DNA from: Eledone cirrhosa
Lineage: Eukaryota
Assembly (NCBI GenBank): GCA_964016885.1
Contig: OZ024742.1
Location: 112,716,001 to 112,780,000, forward strand
Length of the DNA stretch: 64,000 nt
Direction: 5' to 3'
Shown: piece after piece, positions 1 to 12,269 of the stretch
How positions within the stretch are numbered: position 1 is the stretch's first letter
Layout: every line of letters begins with the position of its first letter
The notes under the pieces: generated by a model
Databases searched by the model: none
Told to the model about the DNA's origin: nothing
The model's input: the letters and a program-made list of their open reading frames with translations, nothing else
Made by a program: the position numbers and the translations under genes

Positions 1-1175
1 TTTGCCCGGGATCGAGTAGCATGCGCCCGTCGTGGTCCACCAAAGACCGGATCGTGGCTTTGTTGCCACGACGCGCGTCCGCCACTCGGGCCCATTGAAC
101 GGCTTTCGTCCCCTCGTGTCTGAGAACACGCACCCTAGATTTTACAACGCAGCCTTCGTGTTTTGCATTGAAGAATTGGTCAAGGGCCAATCTTTCCACA
201 AGTACGTCGGTCGCGATGTCTTTGTCAAGCGCCTCGTCTAATTTTCTAACTAATTCTCCCTCTGCTCTATTTTTCTCTATTGCTAAAGCCTTACTAAACC
301 TAATGGACTCTATTCTAATTGCTCTTTTCAGAGCAAACCACCACTTGTTGTTGACGATGGCCCTCGTCAACGCCCGCTTAACTAGTTGGCTAATCCGGTC
401 TCTGTAGGCCTTGCGCGCTGGTAAGGACGCGTTTAGCTTCCAGTAGCCGGGTCCCCGTCTATGAAGCCTATCAAAGTCAAGCACACATATCACGAATTTG
501 TGGTCCGTGTAGCTGACTATATTGAATTTTGGACAGCCTATTCTAGACTTATCTATTTCCCTACAACATACTCTATCTAGATATGATCTGGATGACCCTA
601 TGCGATTTGTCCAAGTCCACATTGGTACATTCGGGAAATCCAATCGGTACCTGTTAGACAGTTCAAAACGCCTGAGCAGGTTGGTGAGGCTCTTGGACCC
701 TCCACCCCTATCCACTAATCCAACACAGTCCCAGCGTGCATCTAATATGCCGTTCCAGTCTCCCACTAGCACTAAAGAGCGGGACGTTCCAAGAAAGGTC
801 TCCAGACCCCGGAAGAAATCAGGCCGCCCTGCTCCTGTCGGGGCATAGACGGCCACTAGCGAATGCTTGCCCGTCTCGTTGGTCACGTCCAGATCCACCG
901 ACTTAACTTCTGGGTACAGAAAGATTGCCCGTATGGCGAGATCCAAACCTCTCTGAAAAAGCACAGCAACTCCTCCCCGATACAGGACTGTTGGGAGATG
1001 CGTACACATCGTAGCCGCCGAAGATCGGTGCGAAGGCCCGTGCTTCGGAGATTCTGGTCTCGCTGATGGCCACTTCATCTATGTTTAGTGACCCGAGGTC
1101 GTTGAGCAGGTGGCCCTCCTTCAGTGACGACCCAAAGCCACGCGCATTTATGCTGCCTATTCTGAGTGAGGTCAT
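1..1175 (-). pseudogene. Tx1 ORF2 N-terminal part (APE endonuclease), frameshifted
   Basis: SINARG...ISETR APE motifs; frameshift near 970; DNA closely matches 38220-39400. Confidence 0.9.
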
Positions 1176-1209
1176 GTTGAAGTGGAGTGGAAAATATGGG
1201 AAAGACCAC

Positions 1210-3149
1210 CTCCCTTACTTCTCGTAGAGGAAGGATAGTTTGTCCATCCTTTTCACTGCTTGTGGCCTCCCCCGGAAGGATGTCCTTATAAATCCTCCTG
1301 GAGTGTGTTTGTCGGAAGTCTCCGATGTCTTTGAGGAATTTTTGTTTTAGTGTCGTGTACGTTTTCTGCGTGATGCGAGTAATTTCTATATGTGGAGCTG
1401 GTGTGAACTTTTGGGTTTTTGTGTAGTCCTTTTCTGTGATGCTGGTTTGTGTTGGATGTAGTGTAATAATTGGTTGTTGTTCAAATGTATTGCTGTGTAG
1501 TGTGTATCATTTTGGTTATTTTGTTTGTTTGCGTTTGTTGTGGGTTTGTTTCTGTTTTGATTTTTGGTGACTTTTGTGATGTTGGTGATGGTGGTGTTGG
1601 GGTTAATGATGGTGATGGTGTTGGTGTTTATGGTAATGGGGTTGGTGATGCTGGTGTGAATGGTGGCATACCTGGGCTAACTTTTTTGTTTGATAGTTTA
1701 TTTGATTTCCACTGTAATTTGTTTTTGGAGGGGTTGATTGGGATCTTTTTGGGGGGGTTTCTTTTTCTTTTTTTCGTTTTTTCTGATACCGTTTCCCACT
1801 CCTCATCGTCACAATCTGTCTCCAGTTGCGATAGGTCGGGGAGTGGAAAATCCTCCACAGGCGTTGGTTTTGGGTTGTGGCGTGGTAGATGGTGTAGGCG
1901 CTGGTGCTAGTTCTGGCGCGTTGGGTGCTGGTGGTGTTGCTTTTGCTACTATTGCTGGGTTTGTTGCTGTGACAGTTGCTTTTGTTGTTGCTGCTACAGT
2001 TGTTGCTGCCATTTCTGCTGCTGGTGGTGTTGATGGATGAGTCACTGGGGTGGGTAAGAGAGGTGGCCTCAACCTTTTAGCCTGAGGGCAGAAAGCCCTT
2101 AGGTGGGTTCCTTCACCACAAACGACACACCTATGCCTTTCTCCCTCGACGATTACGGTGAGGTGGCTGCCGTCGGTGAGGTCTATTACTTCTGGGATCT
2201 CCCCAATGCTTTTTTGGTCCACTTGGATCAGGTGCTCCATCCCTGATACGTCCATTTCGCCTGCTTTTCTTTCGCTTTTTCGATTATCTTGGTGTTGGCT
2301 TCGATGCCGGCGAGGACGGCAGCCATTAGCCAGGGAATTTCGATGGCCGGTGGAACGTAGGTCACCCTGATCTTTACGAGTCTCTGGCCACAATAGCTTG
2401 GGACGAGTGTGAAGTCGTCACTTCTTAATGGGCCATGGAGTGTTCTCTGGCCTCCTGTGGTGTTTCAAAGGACACGTCCACGGTTTCATATTTCTGCACA
2501 CGTCTGATGTCGGTTTTTTTTGCCCACACATGTCCCAAATATTTTTGGACTTGGGACTCGGATGCCCGTTCCATTCGGCGCGATTTTATACGGTGCATAG
2601 GCGCCGATGCTCCATTTTATTGGGTGGTTGAGGGTTGGGCTGTACCAATCGTTCTTTACCATTTGTTTGGCTTCTTCTAATTCCTCCTGATTTACCGGGA
2701 ATGCTTGGCACATTTTTGCTACTCTGGCAAAAGATAGGGTTTTCTTATTCTCATAGTTGCTGTTGTATTTATCGTTATTTTTATTATTATCAATTTTAGT
2801 TTCAGTTGTGGTGGTGGTGGCGTCAGTGGTGTTCGGTGAAGAAGAGTTCATTTCGGTTGAATTCATTTCGATATCACGAGTTAATTTTTTTTTTGTTTCT
2901 GTTGTCGCGTGGTGGTGGTGGTGGTGCATGTGTGTGTGGGGGGGGGTTCGCGGTGGTTGTGGTGGCGGTGGTGGCGGCTTTAACACCTGCAGTCATTGGT
3001 AATGGCGGGAAATAAATGTCTGTCTGAGACAAATTTAAAGTATTGCTACTGCTTATATTTTTAGTGTTGACAAGCGTAGTAATATTTACAATGGTGGTGT
3101 CGGTGTGAGGTGTAAGTTTGTGAGAAAGGAGTGACTCTGAGTCAGCCAT
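1210..3149 (-). pseudogene. Tx1 ORF1 (gag-like, single CCHC knuckle), multiply frameshifted
   Basis: Fragments 2874-3149, 2486-2986, 1809-2393 and 1628-1858 are collinear with ORF1 at 36111-38184 (EELEEAK.MV, P.VID...G, PLPDL). Confidence 0.85.
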
Positions 3150-3362
3150 GTATTTTTGAAAGAAACATTTTTGTTTGATAATTATAAAAGTTTAAATTTT
3201 GGGCTCAAAGCCCCAATCTTTGTGGGTGTCCTTTTCAGATAACAATGTATGTGCACTTATATAAAGTTAACAATAACATTTTACATGAATGGCAATTTTG
3301 AACAATTGAAAATAACAAATCTTTGCGGTCTCACGATGATACGATTTACTACGTAGGTCGCC

Positions 3363-3398
<36 letters not shown>
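3363..3398 (+). repeat. (AAT)n microsatellite at the head-to-head junction of Tx1 T1 and R4 family B
   Basis: About 10 AAT units followed by an A-run. Confidence 0.95.
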
Positions 3399-4512
3399 GG
3401 AATCACATGATTGGATGATCAAACTCGTTTTGAAACACAAAAGCATCAAAAGATCGTATTCCATAACAAAAGATGCACAAAGATACAGTAATGGACTACA
3501 AATTTCAGAAGTCCCATTTACTGCTGAAATGGAAAACACAGAAAAAGCAAAGCAGGTAAAAGTAACTGCAAAGAAAGAACTGCTACAGAAACTGGCTAAG
3601 AAATGGCAAGAAAAGCCTCTGTATGGAAAATACCCAGAGCGAGCTAACAATCCTGATGTTGACAAAACTTTAACCCATCAGTGGTTGGCATCCTCTGGAC
3701 TGAAATCGGAGACTGAAGGACTGATTATATCCGCACAAGATCAGTGTCTGCCAACAAAAAATTACCAAGCCAACATAATAAAAAATGGGTGCAGCCCATT
3801 ATGCCGTGTATGCAAAAAACAACCAGAGACCATTGACCATATAATTTCAATGTGCAGTCCTATAGCTCCAACCGAATACCTAAACAGGCATGACAGAGCT
3901 GCACAATACATACATTGGATAATGTGTAAGCATTTTGACCTGCCTCATCAAAAGAATTGGTGGGAGCATCAACCACCTCCCATACTTGAAAAATATCACA
4001 TCTCAATCTTGTGGAACTTTAGCATAAAAACAGACCGAAAAATAGATGCAAACAGACCTGATATAATATTGAAGGACTTTAAAATGAGGGTATGCCTGCT
4101 AATTGATATTTCTGTTCCAATAGACAAGAATGTATCTATAAAAACATTTAAAAAATTGAGCAAGTATAAGCACATGGAGATAGAAATTGGAAAAATGTGG
4201 AAATTGAGAACTAAAACAATACCAGTGGTTGTAGGCGCTCTGGGAATGATACCTAAGGGGTCTAATGATTACATATCGCAAATCCCAGGAAACCCGCGTC
4301 TAGGAGAAATACAAAAGATAGTACTAATGGGAACTGCCCATATACTAAGGAAGATTCTGTCAATATAAGTACATCACAAGTCTAAACACTAAAGATGTAT
4401 GTGTGAATATGTATGTTCTTTCTTGAACATGGCGGACCTTGTTGTCTCTTGAGGTCACTGGTTGTGACTTGGTGATAACTCGTATGAACATAAAGCAAGA
4501 TAAATGCAACTG
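3399..4512 (+). mobile_element. R4/Dong-clade non-LTR retrotransposon family B, copy B1, 5'-truncated
   Basis: CRVC..ETIDHIISMC knuckle, RHD and RPDII..D...DISVP.D RLE motifs; the 3' UTR ends GCAACTG followed by (TAA)n. Confidence 0.92.
3415..4368 (+). CDS. C-terminal fragment of the R4 family B ORF (zinc knuckle + restriction-like endonuclease)
   Basis: 317-aa ORF with CCHC, RHD and PD..D motifs; left end created by 5' truncation. Confidence 0.75.
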   Translation: MIKLVLKHKSIKRSYSITKDAQRYSNGLQISEVPFTAEMENTEKAKQVKVTAKKELLQKLAKKWQEKPLYGKYPERANNPDVDKTLTHQWLASSGLKSETEGLIISAQDQCLPTKNYQANIIKNGCSPLCRVCKKQPETIDHIISMCSPIAPTEYLNRHDRAAQYIHWIMCKHFDLPHQKNWWEHQPPPILEKYHISILWNFSIKTDRKIDANRPDIILKDFKMRVCLLIDISVPIDKNVSIKTFKKLSKYKHMEIEIGKMWKLRTKTIPVVVGALGMIPKGSNDYISQIPGNPRLGEIQKIVLMGTAHILRKILSI

Positions 4513-4570
4513 TAATAATAATAATAATAACAATAATAAAAAAAAAAAAAAAAATTAAAGAAAATAAGAA
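4513..4570 (+). repeat. (TAA)n and A-rich tail between B1 and A1
   Basis: taataataataataataacaataataaaaaaa... Confidence 0.9.
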
Positions 4571-7500
4571 TGTTATGCAATGTTACCTGAAAAGTAACCC
4601 CAAGGAGAGGGGCTATAGGAAACGGATGCATAACATCTGGAACGAGATTGGTCTATTTAAATTAGATGAACAAAAATCGGCCGGGCAGGCTCGGGTAAAA
4701 AGAACTAATGGGTGGATAAGCGAGCTGGATCTGGAAGAACTGGGCAGAGGGATAAGCTTGGAGATGGAGGGTCGAGTATGCCAGGCAAACGAGCCAGTGG
4801 GAAATGAAGGTGAAGAGGTCGAGAGAACGGAGGAAACACCCGAAGCAGACAATGATCTGAATACTGAGATAAATAATTGTTTCTATTTTTGGCACAAGGC
4901 CAGCAATTATTCCAGTGTATTACTGGTACTTTATTTTATCGACCCGTTAAGGATGAAAGGCAAAGTTAACTTCGGCGGGTCTGGAACTCAGTCCGTAAAG
5001 AGAAGTAACTGTGCTGCAAAGCATGGCGTCCGACGCTCTACTGATACTGCCAATCCACAATACCTGGAACAGAGATACGGCCACTGAGGAGATGAATGCT
5101 GACGGGCTAGGACAAGATTTGGTTGATATCCTAAATTTAGTGGTAGATGAATTGAACAATGATAGTGGGAGACCTATGAACATAAGATTTGTAGACAGGA
5201 AAAAGTTAAAAGAAACAACAGCTAAGGTAAACAAAGTCATCCCATACCTTGAGGCGAGGAGCCTTCACCAGTGCAACAATATCCTCAAAGCAACAGCAAA
5301 TACGGTGAGGAAACTCCTTGGTATTAAAGCGAGAGGAAAAAACAGACAAGAAAGAGCAGAGCCTTGGTGGAAGAAACGACTGAGTGGTCAAATCAGGGAA
5401 ATGAGAAATGACATTGGAAAGCTTGAGTCCCTACTGAATGGGACACTAAAAAACATAGACACTAAAAATAGACTGGAAATAAAGTACAAAACTAGGAGGA
5501 AAAAGCTAAATATGATCATAGAAGAACTGAAGCAACGCATTGTAGCAAAGAGTGCAAAAATCAGGCTTTACGAGAACAGAGTCAGTCAGTATAGACAGAA
5601 CCGCATGTTCGACAACAACCAGAATATGCTGTTTGGACAGTTTGAAGGGAAAGAAAGAAGCAACGACTTGATCCCTGAGGCGGAACAAACTAAAACATTC
5701 TGGTGAGGAATATGGGAGCAGGATGTTAAACATAATGACCAGGCAGTGTGGATTGAGACAGTACAGAAGGAGATCAGTGAACAGGCACACCAACAAACTG
5801 ATTTGAGTATCACAGTTGAAACTCTTAAGGGGCAGGCCAAAAAACTAACCAACTGGAAATAACCTGGCCCAGATGGTGTGCAGGGTATTGGATTAAAAAG
5901 ATAACATCCCTCCACCCGAAACTGTCAAACATGTTCAATGACTGCTTGATGTCAGATGAGGTACCAGAGTGGTTGACAGTTCTGATAATGAAAGACCGAA
6001 TCAAGGGTAATGATGTTACTAACTATAGACCTATCACATGTCTGTCCGTAATGTGGAAGCTGTTGACAAGCATTATGTCAGAGGAAATCTACCATCACCT
6101 CCACACAAACAATATGTTACCGGACGAACAGAAAGGATGCCGAAAGAAGTCACGTGGTACAAATGACCAGTTACTTATTGATAAGATGGTAATGAGGAAT
6201 TGCAAGAGGAGACACACTGGTGTTGCCATGGGATGGATAGACTACAAAAAGGCATTTGACATGGTGCCTCATTCTTGGATCACCAAAAGCCTGGAGATCT
6301 TCAAGGTGGCAGATAACATCAGACAGTTGTTGGGCAAAAGTATGAAGTCCTGGGAAACAGAGTTAACATCAACTGGAAAATCCTTGGGAAGCGTGAAGAT
6401 CAAGAGAGGTATCTTCCAGGGAGATAGCCTGTCCCCTCTGTTGTTTGTCCTTGCCCTGAGTCCCTGACCAGTGTACTGCGAAACGTGAGAACAGGATACA
6501 GGTTGGGAAAGGGAGGGCTTACCATCAATCACCTCCACTTCATGGACGAGCTTAAGCTCTTCGGGAAGTGTGAGAAGGAGTTGCATGTGCTTGTTGACAC
6601 TGTCCGTATTTTCAGCAATGATATATGTATGAAATTTGGTATTAGTAAGTGTGGAGTCATTGTGATGAGGAGGGGTAAGTTGAGCAGAAGTAACGGAATC
6701 CAGATACCAACAGGTGAGATGATTAAGGAAATTGACTCTGAGGAGGGATACAAGTATTTGGGCGTTCTGGAGGCTGATGACATCAAGAACCAAAAAAAAT
6801 GAAGGAATTGATAAGAACTGAATACCTTCGGAGAGTAAGGAGCGTATTAAAGTCACATCTAAACAGTAGGAATGCCATAAGTGCAGTAAATTCCCGAGCT
6901 GTGTCTATTATTAGGTACAGTGCGGGAATTCTGAGATGGAATGTTGCTGAACAAAAAGAAATGGATGGGAAGACTAGGAAGCTATTGACTATCTACAATA
7001 TGTTCCACAAGAGGAGTGATGTCGATAGATTCTACTTAAGGAGATCTAAAGGTGGAAGAGGTCTTATCACATACAGGACTGTGTTCAGATGGAGAAAAAC
7101 AACCTACACAAATACGTGACTGATAGTAAGGAGCCAATGTGCAGAACTGTACTGAACGAGGGGACAATAGGCCGGGGATGTCCAAGGAGGAAATAACATC
7201 AAGGAGAAAGAGCAGCCTTCAGGAAAAATCCCTTCATAGAACCTTCTTTGAGAAAATTGAATTTAGAGATCCACAGACATGGAACTGGTTGAAAAGAGGA
7301 GACCTTAAAAAGGCTACAGAAGGAATGTTAATGGCTGCGCAGGAGCAGGCCCTCAAAACGAAGTAGTTGAAACACCACATTTACAAGGAGGAGGCTAGCC
7401 CACTGTGCAGGATCTGTGGAGAGAGAGAGGAGACTGTGGCTCACATTCTACCCGAGTGTAAACACCTAGCCCAGACTCACTATAAGGGCTGGAGACATGA

Positions 7501-8054
7501 TGTGATGGGCAGGGTGATCCACTGGGACCTATGCAAAGTAAACAATTTACCACATTCTAAGAAGTGGTATGAGCATAAGCCAGAGGCGGTGATAGAAAAC
7601 GATCAGGTGAATGTCCTGTGGGATTTTAGGATACAGACGGACAAGAAACTGGAAGACAATATACCTGACCTGGTGGTTTTGGACAAAGAAAAAAGATCGT
7701 GCCTGATTGTGGATGTGGCCAGCCCATTCGACTCGAGAGTGCATGAGAAGGAGAGGGAGACAATTAACCGATACCAGGACTTAAAGTGGGAGGTAAAAAG
7801 GATTTGGAACTGCCATGAAGTCAAAGTGATCCCGATTGTCATAGGCGCACTAGGGACTATCTCAACAAGTTTCCAGGGATGGTTAAAGAAAATTGGCCCC
7901 TTCACGCTTTTTGGAACGCTTCAAAAGTCATGCTTGCTTGGAACAGCAAGAACCCTCCGATACGTCCTGAATATCTGAGGCTGCAGGTAGTGGCTTGATA
8001 TTCATTTCAACAAACTTTCCAGTTAACTAACATCAATGACTGAGACTCAAAGTG
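4571..8054 (+). mobile_element. R4/Dong-clade family A, copy A1, slightly 5'-truncated, decayed
   Basis: GYRKRM..IW N-terminal motif, RT ([31 protein letters not shown]), [16 protein letters not shown] and RLE; several stops and frameshifts; (TAA)-like tail from 8055. Confidence 0.93.
4878..5058 (-). mobile_element. tRNA-derived SINE inserted antisense into A1
   Basis: Absent from the homologous site in A2 and A3 (GATAAATAATACCTGG in A3); AAT on both sides; B-box-like GAGTTCCAGACCC on the minus strand; second copy at 13313. Confidence 0.85.
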
Positions 8055-8970
8055 TAATAACAATAACAATAATAATAATAAGAAGAAGAATAAGAAGAAG
8101 GGGAGAAGACGCACGTGGTGGTAGAAGGTCATGAAATCGCTCCCGTAAGTTTTTGATTTTTAACATTTAAATCAATTTTGAAATAACAATTCTTAGTACA
8201 AATGATGCATAAATCACCGAATCAAGTCTCATAAAAATTCGGATCCATAATATATTGTTATATCGCTCAAATATACAATTTTCTATTATATATTTTATAT
8301 TCAAAAAAGAAAATGGTTATAAATGGAAGAAAACCCCCTCTGTCTACACTATATAGAACAGCCAAATAACAGCAATTTCACCAACATCAGAAACTATATA
8401 CCCCACCTACCCCGTCACCCCGCTGTGTACACTAAATATAACAGCCAGATAACGGCAATTTCACCACCACCACCACCAATCCGAGCATCATAATAATAAT
8501 TACTATTATTATTGTCTCAAGTTTTAACAAAATGTTTAAATCCAATATTAAGAAAATTCGTCATCACATATATTAAACATACGCGACACAAACGCATAGA
8601 TACTACAGATCAAACAAAACTAGTCTATTCGACAAAACTCAGTAACGACAACGCCACCGCCGCCAACACTCCATCCATCATTGCTACCACAATCCCATCA
8701 CCGCCGCCACCACTCCTTCATTGCTACCACCACTATTCCCCTGTTAACTTAAGAAAGGGCAAGGTGGCGGTATCACTAGAAAAGGGAGAGGCTAGCAAAA
8801 GATATAAATATATTGACTTAGTGACCCGGCCAGCGGCCAAACGTCAACAACTATGGCACTGCTGGCTCCCCCCTTCCCCACCAACAATATAAGAAGCCCC
8901 AGCACCACCACCACCGACATAGCCAACAACAATAACAGGCAACTTCAGCAAAAAGTATATTATATTATTG

Positions 8971-9016
8971 TAATGCACTGGGTAATTGCTGGCCTTGTGC
9001 CTGGAGTGGAGTCACT
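8971..9016 (+). mobile_element. 3' fragment of the same SINE family
   Basis: TAATGCACTGGGTAATTGCTGGCCTTGTGCC matches the SINE 3' region. Confidence 0.6.
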
Positions 9017-9105
9017 TATTAATAATTTCATTCTTAAGCCACGCAATGCTCACATTAAGGAACCACTCATGATAATAACAAGTTAAAAAAAAATAAAAAA
9101 AAAAA

Positions 9106-12100
9106 CCCGTGACCAAGAAATACCGGGATGGCGGCCGGCGGGGAATAGCCGTATCTCTGGGGGAGAACTAATCCTCTAGTCTTGGTTGACACTCGTTCTA
9201 GAAGTGGTAACACGAAATGATTACACCTTGGCGGATAAGGATAAAATGCGACAAAATAAAGTAAATGTCTAATGATAAAATCTCATACCGGATCGGCCGT
9301 CACCCGGGTAAAAAAGGGCCGCGTCTCTCAGAGAGGAACCAGACTGGGGTCGAAAAATCAGCTAATGGTTCAAACCTTCCCATCACTTCGGAGCTGGAGA
9401 CCTCCCATAAACGGAATACTCCTACTGTTGGCACTCCATGCTCACCACCAAGAAATCCAAAGAAAAAGAAAGAAAAATGGTCAAGGGAACATAATAAAGA
9501 AGTCCTTGAGACTTTCTACACTGCCATGTACTACCCATCAAATACATCGAATACACAACAGACATATATCAACTGGAAAAAGAAAAATCCCGAAAACAGA
9601 GGCTATGTTGACACTAAATAACTAGCCAATATACGAAGAAATATTGTAGAAAAAAAGTTACTAACTGATATAGAAATTGATCAGATCAAGCTATTAGCAC
9701 AAAGTCAGCGAAGGGAAAATGAAACATGTGTCAGTGAAAACGAGGTAAATTATAACACTTCGAATCCCAGGGTTGGGGCGGAATCACTGGCAACAGAACA
9801 AATTAAAGAAAGGATCGAAAAAGTGGAGGGAGTGCATGCTCAAGATGAAACTCCAAATGAAAATAATGAGATCGTAAATGATAAAGAAATGAATGAGAAT
9901 GAACTTGACAACTTGAAGGATGAAATTATGATCGAATGGATGAAAATGAAAGAATCTGACATCGGGCAACGAGACAACATCCCTAAAATCCAGAACTCCA
10001 AACAGAACCAAAAGATAATACACAAGACTAACATAATTCTCAAAAACATTATCATCACAAACAAACTAAACATTACTGATTTAAATCATCTCTATTATGC
10101 ATCGACTAAAGTCAACGCTCACATATGTGGAGTGAAGATGAAAAAACAAAGGAATTCCCACAAGAAATCTACGTGGCAAGAGAACATCAATCGCCAAATA
10201 AACCGTCTCCGATCTGACATAGACATTTTAACAAACTATAAAGTAGGTGAACATGTTAAACAAACTAAACTTAGAATATTGAAAAGAAAGTACAGTATAA
10301 AATCAACAAGTGACATAGACATGCTGATAGAAATAATCAAGCAAAACGTGTCGGCCAAAGCTGCTCGTATAAGGCGCTTTGAAAAACGATCTAGATTCTA
10401 TAAGGACAATAATATGTTCAAAAACAACCAAAGAAACTTCTAAAAAAAAATTGGTAGGTCAACAATAACTGCTAATCAATACCACCCAAGGAGGAAGTGC
10501 AAGAATTCTGGGAAAAGATCTGGGCCGAAGATAAAGTTCATAACATACATGCCCCATGGATAGACAGACACATGAAAGATACAGCTCACCTTGAAGAACA
10601 CATATAGGAAAAATATAACAGTTGAACAGTTGCGCTTGGCTCTAAGAAAATACAGCAAATGGAAATCCCCAGGAAAAGACAAAATACAAAATGTTTGGAT
10701 AAATGCCTTCACAGAGTCTCATGAGCTGTTAGCCCAACTTTACAATGAAATAGTTAAGGAGCCAGAAAATATACCATCATGGCTAGTTAACGGCATTACA
10801 TTCTGCTTCCGAAGAACGATGAGACAAACAATCCCAAAAATTACAGACCGATAACTTGCTTGACCACAATGTATAACATTTTAACATCAGTCCTAACTGA
10901 ATATACATATGGCCACCTGATAACAAATGATCTATTTCCCATTGAGCAGAAAGGGTGTAAACGAGGCTCATATGGCTGTAAGGATCAGCTTTTGGTTAAC
11001 AAAATGATACTGGAAGATTGTCATAATAGACACAAAAATCTATCACTTGCATGGATAGATTATAAAAAAGCATTCGATAGTTTGCCACACAGTTGGTTTG
11101 AAAGATGTTTAGAGATTTTCAAAATATCTCCCGTTGTCGGGAGGTTTTTGTTATTCAGTATGAAGACATGGAAAACATTCTTTTTGAATAGTGAAACAAA
11201 ATAACCGGAAGATGGAGAAGTTAATATTAATTGTGGAACTTTTCAGGGTGACTCTTTTTCACCGCTTTTATTCTGCATCGCGCATATACCATTAAGTAAA
11301 ATGCTCGATGAAACAAAACATGGATATAAAATCTATGACAAAACCATTAATCACTTGTTCTACATGGATGACCTGAAACTATTAGCAAAAAATGATGAAC
11401 AATTGCAAGGGCTATTATCCACTGTGGAGCAGTTCAGTGATGACAGTAAAATGGAGTTTGGACTAGATGAATGCGCCAAAGCAACGTTCAGCAGTGGAAA
11501 GCTACTGAATAGTTCAGACATTAATCTTGAACGGGGGAATGTGATAAGAGAACTTGATCAAGAAAAAAACTTACAAATATCTTGGTGTTTGTGAAGGAGA
11601 CGGAATCAAGCACTCGACAATGAGGGTAAGGATAAGGAAGGAATGTTACCGCAGTGTAAGAGCAATCTTAAGAACGGAATTGAATGCAAGCAATAGGATC
11701 GATGCCATAAACACGCTTGCCATACAGAGATCCGTAGGCTCGATACAAAAATTCGAAAATTCTTAAACATGCACAGAATGCATCACCCTAAGGCAGATAC
11801 AGATAGAATATATCTCCCTAGGAAAGAAGGAGGACGTGGGTTAATCCAGTTAGACATTGCGTTGAAAACTGCAACAATTGGATTATCTACATATCTAACG
11901 GAATCACATGATTGGATGATCAAACTCGTTTTGAAACACGAAAGCATCAAAAGATCATACTCCATTACAAAAGATGCACAAAGATACAGTAATGGACTAC
12001 ACATTCCAGAAGTCCCATTTACTGCTGAAATGGAAAACACAGAAAAAGCAAAGCAGGTAAAAGTAACTGCGAAGAAATAACTGCTACAGAAACTGGCTAA

Positions 12101-12250
12101 GAAATGGCAAGAAAAGCCTCTGTATGGAAAATACTCAGAGCGAGCTAACAATCCTGATGTTGATAAAACTTTAACCTATCAGTGGTTGGCATCCTCTTGT
12201 CTCAAATCGGTGACTGAAGGACTGATTATATCCGCACAAGATCACAAGAT
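9106..12250 (+). mobile_element. R4/Dong-clade family B, copy B2, with 5' UTR, 3'-truncated, decayed
   Basis: N-terminal KWSREHNKEV motif and RT (EQKGCK, WIDYKKAFDS, HLFYMDDLKL); overlaps B1 and B3 sequence; ends at SAQD. Confidence 0.92.
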
Positions 12251-12269
12251 CACAAGAAGAACATAGAAG

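Larger units (their letters stand above)
1..3362 (-). mobile_element. Tx1/L1-clade non-LTR retrotransposon, copy T1 (5' UTR, ORF1 and 5' part of ORF2; runs off the window; decayed)
   Basis: ORF2 start MTSLRIGSINARG at 1175 matches the ORF at 38220. ORF1 fragments carry an LSFARVAK motif and a CVVCGEGTHLRAFC zinc knuckle. The 5' end abuts (AAT)n at 3363. Confidence 0.92.
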
